Shown here: piece after piece, positions 1-13,566 of the stretch
Numbering within the stretch: the stretch's first letter is position 1
Layout: each line of letters opens with the position of its first letter
Assembly: GCA_965285935.1 (NCBI GenBank)
Contig: OZ260661.1
Coordinates: forward strand, 47,554,001-47,618,000
Reading direction: 5' to 3'
From: Ophelia neglecta
Taxonomy: Eukaryota
DNA: 64,000 nucleotides
Translations under genes and position numbers: made by a program
Notes under the pieces: model-generated
Seen by the model: the letters and a program-made list of their open reading frames with translations, nothing else
What the model was told of the DNA's origin: nothing
The model's database searches: none

Positions 1-453
1 CAAAAGTTTTACTATAGTTAAAGTTTTGTTTTACAGTGGTTGTTTTTCTTAAGGGAAGACACCTTAGTAGAGAAGGAAGGAAATTGTAAACTTTAGTAAA
101 TGTGAGTTTCGTACTGTTTACTATAGTACATTATAGTTGTAATGCCATTGTTTTACTATAGATCATTGTTGTTGGGGATGAAACGTGCGCCGATCTGTTT
201 GTGTTTCCAATCCAACCCATATGACATTAGATACGGACCCAGAGCGATGCACATTCTGCTAACAAATGGCTTTTGTTCCATTGAACGGCAAGGCAACCAC
301 GTGATAAACACACTCGCACACGCAGAGCTGCTGATAGCAGAGCCATATCATATATGTATTTATATGTTATATCAAGATTTATATAAATATATATAACATA
401 TCAAGATTTATATAAACATATATATCGCATACCCTCCTGATTCAACCAGCTTT

Positions 454-454
<1 letters not shown>

Positions 455-540
<86 letters not shown>

Positions 541-660
541 TATTATCATTATTATTATCATTATAATTATGCACTATTATTATGTAGTATTATTATGTAG
601 TATTATTATGTAGTATTATTATGTAGTATTATTAATAGTTTTTTTTTATCATTATTATTA
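455..660. repeat. (ATT)n microsatellite followed by degenerate ATT / TATTATTATGTAG repeats
   Basis: Perfect (ATT)n from about 455 to 537, then degenerate copies including several TATTATTATGTAG units up to about 660. Confidence 0.95.
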
Positions 661-3600
661 TCATTTAATTTAAACTTGAAATTTAGTTCATCTATTGACG
701 CGAAATTACGTCTCAGTATAAAAGGACAAAATCAAAACTTCCAGTACAAAACTCATAAAAGCGACTAGACTCTCGAAATTACCAAATCATAACTTGAAAA
801 TGTGAAGAAAAACTTAATATTGTGAATTTCATAATTTCCAATTCAAACTGCAATGTCGTTATTCTTGTCATAATTTGGAGTACTATATCATACTTGCGTG
901 TTATAAGAATGAGTTGTTTAGTCTCAAGATATGAGACTTTTTAATCGTAATGTTTTGAATATTCACTTAATTTTGAGTAATTTTTCGTCTCGACTTTTAT
1001 TAGGACGAAATTTCTATTTTAAAACTTGTCATTACCTTTTCCAAATAAATATCGTATTTTTTTCCGTTTTCAATATTGCAGTACCGCATAGATTAATTTA
1101 ATACTAATTTAGTAAGTAGGATATCTACACTTGAAATTAAACATCTATTATTGACATTCAACATCGAGTTATTTCAAAAGAAATAATATCAAATCAAGTG
1201 TTCAATATCGCAAAGAATATACTAATTGGGTGATCCAATTTTCTGGCCTTCAACTTCATAGGCAGGGTAAGAGCTATGTCAATATTTATTCGTCAATCTT
1301 TCCTAAATTCGATTTGCTAGCTGTAAATTTGCTTACATGCATTGTATTTGTTGAGGGTGAATGTCGAATATATAACAAGAAAATCGTGACCTTTGTGACA
1401 CTATAAGAAGTGCATATTGCTTTATTGAAAACACGTTGATGATCAATTATCTGTACATAAAATGGCATGAAAGAAACTCACTCTTAGCCAAACAAGAACC
1501 AAACACATAATAAGCTATCAATCATAATACCATGCCAACACCAAATACTGCACCAACATATATACAAAATTGGAATTAGCTGGTGCACGGGAAACTATCA
1601 AAAAGAAACATTGACACAACATTGTAACAATATAACAATATTGTGCACAAAATAGCTACAATATTGTCACAATATCATAAAAAACAATAGTTAAGAAATT
1701 GTAATTATATTGTCCCAAACTTGTAAAAAGCATTCACAATAGTGTGTACAAGAATACTAGAATATTGTCAAAATTTTATTTTACACAATATTGTTCTTAT
1801 ATTCTCACAATGTCACTGTCCATAAGAAGTTAAACTATCATTACAATTTTGACAAAGATGGGATATTATACTTCTGTGGGTCAATTTAGGGATATCGGAC
1901 ATTAGTTCAAGGACACCGAATGTCGTGCAAGACAATTATAGTGCACTGCCTCATAGGACACAACGACTGACAGCAGTGCGAGTAAAACTCCATTAGAGTA
2001 TTTCATCCCTATTTGTGGGTTTAATTAATGTAAATAGGAGATTCATTTGAAGAAGATATTCCGCAAATACTATGATTGTGTGACATACGCAGTGTGTGCC
2101 AAACAAGTTGTGTTAATATTGATATCGCATGATGCGTGGCCAATAAAAACCAACCCCTTAGGCCGGCTACACACATACTATCGACGCGTACGTTAGGCGG
2201 ATATGTTAGTCTAGCAGTGATTGATTTCAATTTCATGCTTGAAAATTTGTTTAAAAGAATAAGTTGCTAAGAATTTTCATTCTAGATGATAAATTTCACA
2301 CAGTAGAATTTAGTACTTTATGATAATTAATGTTGGCTAGATGACTTATGATGTATGGTCTCCTATCGTAATACTGGCAAGTATGTTAAACACAATTGCA
2401 TATAGTGCAACATGCCAGATTAAGACTGTTCCATGTTATTTTAAGTCATTTATACACTTATTTGCTTCTATATATAAGGTACTATTAAGTGTCCTACTAT
2501 TGTTACAGGTCAAACCTAGAAAAATATTATTACTAAATATATCACAAATATTGCCATAGTATGCGTATCATACAAAAACACAATATTTCTAATAATGTCA
2601 TAAAAATGTCATGACATATTGAGAAGTTTTCTCACATGGTAACGATGTTTTATCAATATGATTAAATTTTCTATAACATACATTATGACAGGCTAGAAAA
2701 AAGTCTATACCTTTGCATTATCACAACATTTCAAAGCAAGATTGCCGCAAAGAGCATATTGAGTATATAATGTGCGAGCATTGTCCAAATATTATTGTAA
2801 TTTCAGGGTTTAGATCAAACCATTGAAACCTCGATGGATAATCCGTAAAGTAGAAAATGAATAGTCAGATAATATGGTAATAAAAAACCAATACTGTTAT
2901 TGTGTCATATATCGATATTAATACACAATATTCCAATAGACTGTGTAAAGAAGTTCCGGCCAAACCTGCAACCGAAGTGACAATTTCCTAAGAGTTGCTT
3001 CAAGGTACCTGATGTCTTAAAGGAACACCTTAGAATGATCAGCTAAAGGAAGCGCTTCCTTGTAGGCCAAACTGGGAAAAGGTAACGTCAACCATTCCAC
3101 TTTTGTCATTGTACTGTATTATTTAAAGCATTTAAATATTATTGCATAGTTCATAATGACTGTGTTCAAATTTCTGGTTTATAAGCATTATCTTTATTAA
3201 ATATTTAAAGGAATCAGTATCACAGTTTAAAACTTGTGATGACTAGCTGGGAATTGATGCCGCACGCAACAGAAAACTGCCATATATTCTGTACCTCTAA
3301 ATACCAGACACTATGTTGAGGCCGGTCCTTAGGTTAGCAATGGTCAAAAGCATTAGGCTAATAATTTATCTGAGCCAGTAAAATTGCTATGAACACCAGC
3401 CGGACTACACTTGTACTACCCCTACGCATAAGCATTACCCAATTAATAAACTGCTTCATTTAGTGTGCAGAATTTCAGAGTGTCCCAGATTACAGGCATG
3501 CCATTTAATGGGGAATAATAATCATGATGTCATCCACTGGTTTTATGTGAAGCAAATAGAAAAGCATGTTAACTAACAGCTAATGTGTGTTCCCCCCTTG

Positions 3601-3774
3601 TGTGAAGTTAGACGCAAGTTCTATTGCATGTTTGTGTCTACATATTTTAACTTTCATAGAAGCTTTGAAAGACATCACAAAGCATTAATAAAATTGTATT
3701 ACTACTCTCTTAGTCAGATAACTATATTCACTAAATACTCATCCTTCTTTTCCCAGAATCAAGGGGAAATAACA

Positions 3775-3838
3775 ATGTATTGGATTGATTGTTTCAACGT
3801 CCCTTTAATTGTGGGGGTGATTGTATCAGTAAGTACTG
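3775..3838 (+). other. First coding exon: signal peptide MYWIDCFNVPLIVGVIVSVSTA
   Basis: ATG in an ACAATG context just after a pyrimidine tract plus CAG acceptor (3756), implying an upstream non-coding exon. The hydrophobic core is followed by a small-residue cleavage site when spliced in phase 1 to 4582. Confidence 0.65.
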
Positions 3839-6800
3839 GTTTGTTTTAATCAAACAAGATAATTGCAATTTTACAGTCAGCTGTCCATGTGTTTTTATGT
3901 TGATCTTATTACTGTATTTCAAAAATAGGTTTTGGTGAAAGTGAAAGGTGACGGCACTATAGAGAGACTGACTAGTAAGTACACAAGTACAAGAAATAGG
4001 TAGTCAACTCAATCTCATGTATTGGTTGCATAGTTTATTATATTTTTATTGCATACTATTTGCGGAAACGTGAACTTGTTACAAATTAAGGTCTGTTAGA
4101 TTTTGTATCATTGTGAGAGAACAACAAACGATATCATATTATGACGGTTACTAGTATAAGCACTGTTATGGCTTCAAGAACACAATGATCTTATTTGGAT
4201 TGCTGCATAAATGTATTGCGTTTGGTATGTTTATAACGCAAGAACCCCCCCCCCCCCACCCCCCATTTTTTATATATCATTTCACCTTTGTCATATAAAA
4301 TTACCAAGATTCGTGCTGTATAAGCATGTGACAAGACGCGCGAATTTTAGATTAACACAAAGGATTTTTTCCACGAGACCTGCATGCTGTCACTCCTGCT
4401 GATGCTGTCACGTAATTCACATTTGTACTCCCACCCCCTTCAACAAGTCCTACGTTTTTCTCCTGTTTGCCCTTTACTGGTGGTTCCTTATACTACTTCG
4501 GGCCGTTTTAATGGATCATTCTTGATAAATGATTTTGCTTTGTCTGCCGGTTATCCAATCCCGTTTATTTTATGTTTTCAGCTGATAAACGTTGGTATTG
4601 GGCATTTGATGATGAGGCGCCAACAGACGATAATCCAATGAGTCTTAATATTACAACAATCGGGTCGCCCTCTCCCCGAGTTGAGGCCGGTAAAAGCCGG
4701 AATTCATATAAAGTGGACGCTACTCACTCCTACGAGATTCCTTTCTCACAGTCATGCGTTGCTGCTGTCAATTGCAAAAATGGATACACCGTCGCATTTT
4801 GGATTCAGGTAAAAAATACATTGAAGGCTCTTTTAACTTATGATGTCCGATTAAAGTAAACTCTGCATTGATTGTTTTTAATCTTAATACAACTGTTCTG
4901 TTTAAAAGGTGCCCGGTGACCCGTCAGGAAACCAGATTGTGCTAACTTCAGGTGGTGAAGTTTCTCAATACGGAGGATTTGCGGTTGAACTTGACGGAGA
5001 CAATCGTTATATTACAGTGAAAGCAACCGACTTATGGCGAGACTATCAAAATATTTCGTCCCCCATCGCCAATGGCACTTGGACCCACATAGCTTTTATT
5101 GTGGACCCCGCCATGCCTGGCATCCAATTCTGGAACAATGGAACCTACGTCGGGTAAGAAATACCAACTTAAAACTGGGTAATTTAAAAAGATGGATAAA
5201 TGAATTAAGGTCTTTGTTTTGGGTTAAAACATACATACACTTTCATATTGAGTAATTCTTGATATTACCAAATGGTTTCCCCGTGTGAAAATGCTTCGTA
5301 TTAAATAGCATCATAATCTCTAGATGTAAGATTCAACGACTAAGCATTAAGGACATCGAAGCATATATGTATTTTGCACTCAATCCTGAAACATTTAACA
5401 TAAAATGTGTGTTTCTGTTACTACAGGTACCAGAACCTTACGATTGGGCGTGGTACCCCCCTTACCAAGTACCTTGATAAGCTCTACTTAGGTAAGAGTA
5501 ATCTGGGTACATATAGCACCAGCGATTTCTGGATCGATGAGTTACATATATGGGAAATGGATGCCAGTGTTGGGCAAATACTATATCTGTACGGTAGGTT
5601 GAGCGTATTACGCACATATATCCTGAATATATTACCTAAAATTGGGCCCCTTAATTGGGCGACTGGGATGCAGTGCGGTAGGGCGAGGGGGAAGGGGGTA
5701 AGGCTAATGCACACAAGATGTATAATGCATCAAACATTTACAGATAGGCTAGGGACAAGCGTTTCACCAAATAAAGTATGTTCTATATATTATTTAAAGT
5801 GACGAATAGCTGGTTTTAAATATTTTCACTTAAAAACTTGAAAGTTGATCTATTCAGTGCAATCTAACACAAATATATTTCAGAATTACCGAAGACCAGT
5901 TATTGACAATTTTGACAGTTATACCATTGTACCAGTTTAACCATTGCAAATAACGGTAGTTTTCAATTGTATCAATTTTGTATTTGTGTAACCCTTCTTA
6001 ACCACAGGCCTATCTGCGGAATCGACGGAGCACCAATTTAAGTTAGATTTTGATTATATTTACGAGAACAATCTAATATCGGGAGGGTTTTTGGCACGCG
6101 TGGTGGCAGGCACAGTTAAACAGATACGGGGACGATATTCGAAGGGACTTGAGGTCACTCAAGATTCGGCACTTCACATAGGTGAGCTATTCTAATATTT
6201 ATCCAGACAGCAGTGTTTTTCGTCCAAGATTCCGAAAATCTATCTGATCAGATATGATTTGACCTGTGCATATGATGTTTTCAGGAACTTTCCAAAACTG
6301 TATCCAATACAAGCAGACGCCAGGTCCGCCCACCGAAGACCACTGGTGTATAAATGGGTTTAACCTTGACTTCTGGATCAAGATTGAGTCACCATTAAAT
6401 TACAACAATGAAAGGTAGGCTTAATTGTTTAAGTGTGTTAAATTTTAAAAAGGGAACAAAGCGTGAGATATATTAATTTCATATGCAAACTCGACTAGTG
6501 TCTTTCATAATGTTCACAACCTGCTCTGCCTAATATATAAGGTAAACATTGATCATTTTAGATACATACTCGGAACAGTGGATTTACTGAACGATTTTAC
6601 CAAGTCTGGATTTATGCTCATGCATCAGCCACAGCATGGATGCGCGCTAAATTTTACTGTTAGGACACAAGAATTTTACCAGCACATAAGATTCAAGTGT
6701 GATTACAACGCTTGGTATAAATTTGGCATTGGCTATCATCCAGCGGTCGGTGGCTATTACAGAGCCACCACCGAGCGAAGGTTTTCCCAAAGATATGGAA

Positions 6801-9800
6801 ATAAAATTGAAAACCTCTTCACCATGGCCAAGGTGTTCGTAACAAACTTGTATAGTTTTACAAGTCCCAGCATTCTTTATCTCGGTAAATACCAAAATAT
6901 TCTCTTAAAACACAACGAAAATATACGCGTATAAAACGTACAAACGGACGAGTTCAGTGTTATTGCACAATCGTTTTTAATTGTAAACAATTAAAGTCTT
7001 GACAGGACTTTAATTACTTTAAGATTGAAGATTCCAGGAAAAGTCTAAATCCTTTTATTACATGTAGAACGCTTCTGAATTACGTTTGAAATTGGCATCA
7101 ACACCCTAAAGAAGAAGTGATTAGGGTATATTGAACTAATATGAATTCTCATAATGGGAGTACGTTTTATTTCCAAAACATAATGATTAGAATAAAGGTT
7201 TATTATTAACATTGCAGGTCATCAAACAAATGGAGCTCACTTCTCTATAGATGAATTGTTCATATCAGGGATAATTATTTCAACAACCGACTTGGTAAAA
7301 TTAGGTATATAAGAAATCAATGTGGTTTGTGATGTTTTTCTTCAGTACAGTAATATGAGTAGGAAATCAACATTCAAGTTTTATATAAACGGAATTTGTT
7401 TAACAAAACACTCATCAGTCATATCTCCGTCTGTCTAATTACCATTGTTTTTGCACACTTTCATTTAAAGTTTAATCACGTATCTATTATACAGATCCAA
7501 TACATCGCTATATATGGAGGTACAGAAATACGGGCAGCAGAGAGGTTAGCGTTGTCAAAGGTCCATATAACAGGTTTTCTGCCACGCTTACTTGGATACA
7601 CAGAGGTTGGTCTGATTCCAAAGTGAAAAGTTACCTGACGAGACTTTCAGACGCGGTACGAATGAAAATAACTACATAATTATATATATTTACATATGAC
7701 ATTCATATTAATGGCATAAGTATTTTATGTGTGTGCTCTCTTTATAATTATTTACATACATGTATGACAGCTATAGGAGAATGGCTAAAATAAATGTAGA
7801 GAAAAGCGATATATAAGTGACTATAAGAAGTGTTTGTATACTTTCCACCAAAATAAAGACCCAACAAGTGAAACTTATAATACCAAATCGTAGCAAATCT
7901 CATATCTATTTGATATGAAGACAGTTGAACATCATGTAATTTTTTCATTGAATCGAACCAAATGAAGTCATGATTTGCGGACACCGCTGGATTTTAACGA
8001 TGAATATTGCAGTTGTATTGCAAATGCTTAAATTTTCCCCAGATTACCAAGTGTGGGTTTTGAAATTTATTTCTCAATTTTTCAATTGTAGCCTATAACG
8101 GATTTCTGTATGTTACAGAGTTTTTATTTCAATGGAGTGAATGCTTACGGGCGATACCGAAAAGACCAGATGTCGTCTGCCTCATGGCGAGATGTCGAGT
8201 ACAGCCGAGGTTTCAGTCTTCGCTTCAGCGCCTACCAAATTGGTACTCCAGCCACAGTCTCCAAGGCGTACTACATGGACTCGGGTGGTATTACGGAAGA
8301 AGATTGGGGTTTCTGTGTTTACTATGACTCTGGTTTTCTGAATGTTGTGGTGAGCACAAGTCGGTATGAATGGCGGCAACTATTGCCTTGGGGATTCCAT
8401 CAGTGGATTTATTTTTCGATGAGCTGGTATCCTGATCTCGGAATGGAAGTTTTCCTAAACCACTGGAGCCAGGGACTATTTACAAACAAAACAAAAAGAG
8501 CCAATCCTCAAAACCGCCCTTCTCAGTCGTCCGAGTATTGGTACTATGGAAGAATCGAGTCCTATCAAGGGACACTTGATGACGTATTGCAGCCGATGTA
8601 CATAGAACACATCGTTTACCATGACAGGGCATTCGAAGAACCATATTCCTTTTATAAAACAGGTGATCAATTATTCCAGGTATCTTAGTATTCGCATTTC
8701 ATAGTTTTAAAACTTCCTTTTTTTCTTTAGAAAGAATGTAAAACGGCTGCCTTGAAATCGATTATTTGTTTACTGGTAGGGTGAAGTAAGCATATTCGGC
8801 CTCCCTTTTTGTCAATTTTGCATTCTGCCACGCGGGCAGAGTTCCTGGTTTGCATTATGTTTCCAATCAGAATGTTATTTATAAACACGAAATAAATTAT
8901 CTAAAAATGCTCATAGATACCAAATATTGTTATTCATGAAGATAGTTTGATACCCCAAAGTTAAAATATCAGGGTGTCTTTAATGCAGCCGAAATCAAAG
9001 TTGGTTTCCTTTGTCAATAACTTACGCATATATCTTCTGCTAAATTTGTTGACATCTGACAAAACATGTTTTTTTTTAAATTTTACCAAGATATCGAAGG
9101 TAAAATGTATAAATACAGAAATATAAACAAAAACACTAGGGGGCCGGACTTTTGGTCCCACTAACCTATTTGATAATGTATTATTTCGTCCCCTCTGTAC
9201 CCAAATACTTAACCCCGTGATTATACTTGTGATTTCTGCATTCTAATGCGTATATTTGCGAAGTTCAAAGATGAATACTCAACGAGTTTATCCTAACATG
9301 ACGCGTCTTGAGGAGGGGTCTCATTTGATTAATTCCATCAGTCTCATTGAAAATCAATATCCAGTAGATGACTCTTGAAATAGGGTCATGTGGGTCTTCT
9401 TCATAGGCCTACTGATTATCATCATATATTACATGTGCTCCCGTCCAGTCTTGATGTAGCATGTCTAGCCATCTTATAAAGTGGACATCATTTGAATGCA
9501 ATAATCTATGCCCGCACTACTTGTTCTGTTCAGATTGAATAGGTAATTTCGATTTTATCTATTAAATCCGTCCTAATATTTATTTAATTATAAATCATCC
9601 ATTAAATCCGTTCTTATTTATTTTATCAGGCAATTTATTTAAACCAACCGAAAATTTTATATTATTGGCTTGTAACCGCCAGAAATGATAAAAATAATTT
9701 AGTTGTGTATAACACCATACTAAATGTAACATGTACTTATGTGGTGTCTCTTAGACAGCGACGATAAGATATTCATTATTACAAATATATAATAGCAAGA

Positions 9801-12800
9801 GATAATAAGATAGTTGGATGTTATATAGGGAGATATTAGGAAAGGTAAGTCAAGCTTTCTGTCGGCTAAAACTGGCCCTGTGTATTGTGTGCATCGCCTG
9901 CCCCGAGCTTGGTCGATTTGACCTATGACCGGTTTCTAACATTTCTATTGGTAGTGGAATATGTGGTACCAAACAGGCAATTTTCTCTCCTAAATAGGCT
10001 AATTATTATTAATTGTTTTCTTTGATCTATGAATGTGTGCGAAACAAATGCTTCAGGTGCGTGGAGCGACAATTCAGCAGGGAAGGAGGAGTTTGTAATA
10101 ATCCGGAAAGATACTATGTATACGAAAGGAATTGAGCATTGTTGAACTGAATATAAATTTCTCTGTTTTTTTTTAATCCCAGGAATGATATCTCACACGG
10201 CCCACCATGATGAATACTACCATACATGCAACGAAGGACCCAAGACTAAATTGTCTCGTCACATATGGAACGCGTCAAATGATTTTGACAATATGCACTC
10301 TGGTGCGTGGTTGAACGGAACGTTGCTGTTTCAGCTCTATGGCGAGGCGACACAAGTGTGGCGGAATGATTTCTTCCGGTATGCAGTAAGGCTTAATGGC
10401 AGTTCCCAGGTTGTTCGCTCAGATACGCTAGTCACTCAGTGCGTAAGCACACCAGGTGAGGAGAATATGGCCACTGATTCCATGCAAAATGGACAAAAAA
10501 TGGGGAGAAAGATAATCAAGCAAAATCCGAAATTATTAAATTATTTTACTCCGCAAAGTACCACTAAAAGTACAATCAAGCTGTTCTGGAGTAAATTAAG
10601 AATTATGGCGCTCTTTATTTCGACAATGCATTAATGATTGATTAAATCTAGAGCTAAATGTGCCCTGTGACCTTTTTTCGTAATAATGATTTATCAATGG
10701 GTGTATTTACTCGTCGTGCTTTATGATTTGATACATTTCCGTACATATTTCGTACAAATAAAGCTTACAATTCGCGCATGCATTGATATGCCTTTATCTC
10801 CTCTTCTCTTTGTGTTTAAGACATAATCTGAACCACTGATTTTTCAGAAAATACCTTCTTTCGTTTTTGAGGCCAAACATGTATCATTGTGTGTCTAAAC
10901 ATGCTTATTTCTATTCGTACCCAGTCTAGATGCGTTGGGATACAATTCCGTTCACAGCGGTAACAAATTCCGTAACACGTCTTCAAATTAATGTCTCCGA
11001 AAAATTACGGTTATCATTGCGTCTATGATCGAAAAAATTACATATTAAAAAATTTTGAACTCTTTCAAAAACATACAAGTATCCCAACTGAAGTCACCAA
11101 ACAAGTATTAGAGTAGCGGCTATAATTGCATCCGTTGTCGAATAACATTAATCTTAAAACAAGTTTAAGGTTAATCGGAAGTTTACAAAAATTCATTTGG
11201 AAAGGAAGATTCTAAAACATACATGGCCTATCTGTCACATTCCCTTCACTTATATTTGGGCGCATGCGCTTACGGGTTTTATACGATGAATGATTTAGAT
11301 GCCTTGTTCCGCGGACGCCAACAGTTTTGAGCATGCGCCAAAATGTCGGCATGCACCTTCAGTTTTAAAATACCGTGCGGCCACCGTGGAACTGCACCGT
11401 AGAGTCAGTCGGGGGAAATCCGGGGACAAACGTGTTTAACCGTAGTCAAAATCTGAAGCCGATTCGCCAAGGCTGGCTACGGATATGTCACATTGTTCCA
11501 CGGCTTCGCCCAGGTGCTGCCCGTTTCTGTCCCCCCTGTAGTAAGGTTCAGCCGATTCATGCCAAATTCCCAGGGTTGTGCCCCGGTTTATGTCGATTTG
11601 ATGCCGAAGGGCCGCTACGATTTCTCCCGTTTTTTAGCCACAGTTCGGCACAATGTGAACGATTCTATTGTCAAGTAAAAAAATTAAAAAGACTGACCTA
11701 AAGAGTGAAGCTATGTGTCTTAAATTTGTTCGTCCAGCTATATAATAAACATTAATTAACAATACAGATTCAATAGAAGCGTAATCAGCAATTAGAATAT
11801 TATATCTTATAACAGCTAGCAATTAGTTGCTTGGTGGTAACACGATTACAAGTATTAAATTGAATAGCGTGCACGCAAGTCATTTTATCCAATATCAGTA
11901 ATATACATTTAATGTTGATATTTTTACAGATGGTTGTTATGCACGAAACGAAATGATATCCTTCTGGATCAAACCACTCAATTTTCTGACCGTTCCTGAT
12001 GCACAAAAACAAACAATCCTTTGGATAGGTACGGCTAACATCACTGTTCTAGAGATCTTCCGATATAATGGCACAAACAAACTTGTGATCAGCGCCAAAT
12101 CGGAGCAGTGCACTATAAACATACCTTTGGAAGATAATGCTTGGACATGGGTGACTTTTTATTGGGCTTTCCGTAACTATGCCAACACTATTGGCGAGAT
12201 GTGGGTCAATTTACACACGATGAATATTACCGAGAGCGTGGTGTGCACGGCCACCACAAGAGAACCGATCACTGATATTACGGGACGTATTATTTTCGGG
12301 GGAGAACCAATGATGGATATAGATGGGCCATACCAGGCTTTTACCAACATGGATCTAGATGACATATTTTTGATGAGTACGTTCCATAATGTACACCCCT
12401 ATTATATGTCTTCTTCTGGGAAAACTTGGGGCAAGCGCAACAGAAATCAAAATTGGTTCTCGCCATTCCATTATCTATCAGGAACAAATGCAGTGGAGCT
12501 ATACGGTGAGTCACATAAGACACTTTCTATATGGTGGCCGGGTTCCCCTGGATATGTAAAACACACGAATATCTGCGTTGTCTCCCTTTTTTCAACCATA
12601 ACTTATAATTTAAATATAGTTTATTTGCTATGACTTTATTTACACCCCGGGACACGCATTTTAACTTATTTCTATGTTGTGTGATTTCAGCGGCACCCAC
12701 TTGTGTATCGTACGTTGACATAGGAAAATTTCCTTCCGACTTACCGAAACTGCGCATCAAACCATACGACAATACACCATTCTATGTTCAATGTCGTCTT

Positions 12801-13519
12801 CTCCCTGATACAGGTAAAACACTTTTGGGCATTTCACCAATTTCTCATTAGAATTAAATGGATTCTTTTGGCTGAAAAAACAATACCACAGTAGAGCCCA
12901 TACCTTCAAACATGTATTCATTGTGGGCATGATGTAGATACCCAAAAGGGTCTGACACTTATGCTTATATACTTTAATATACTTATACAAAAAGTATGTA
13001 ATACTGAATCTACATATTCCGGCCGTTCTATACTTCTACCCGGGATCCCATATTTGGTTCATACTGTTGGAGACGTTTTTATATCCATCATTGGGAAGAA
13101 ACACGTATAGTTACCACAGCCTTTTGACATTTTTATTTTCTGGACGGACATTAACTGCTTTGTATTTCACGTCTTTGACTTGTGCTGATAATCATTCCCT
13201 TTTGTATTTGGAAATCACGTCATCGGTCTTAAAGTTTATGATCCCTAGCCAGTTACAAGCCACTATACACACATTGCGTTAAGAACCTCTGGAATAGATT
13301 CATCAGAGTATGCATTGCGTATACATACATATGCGTGTACCATTTTTTGAGACCAGTCTTTCTCAAATGTTGACACCTTCTTATTTTAGACTTATATTAA
13401 GTGAAATGGAAATTTATGTCTTAGATCCTATGCGCATTACGTATTTTAACGAATTTTTGTGAACCCAAAGGGTCGTGCTATAATTATAATGCCGCGAAAT
13501 CAACCACCTTTTTTTTATA

Positions 13520-13566
<47 letters not shown>

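Noticed and set aside
369-426. Two-copy 29-bp tandem duplication
   Set aside because: An ordinary slippage duplication in AT-rich DNA next to a microsatellite.
8731-10117. Two extra small polycystin exons (about 8731-8780 and about 10057-10117)
   Set aside because: They have AG/GT-like borders and short open frames, but I could not connect them in phase to the 10183 acceptor, whereas 8662 to 10183 joins directly. RNA-seq could overturn this.
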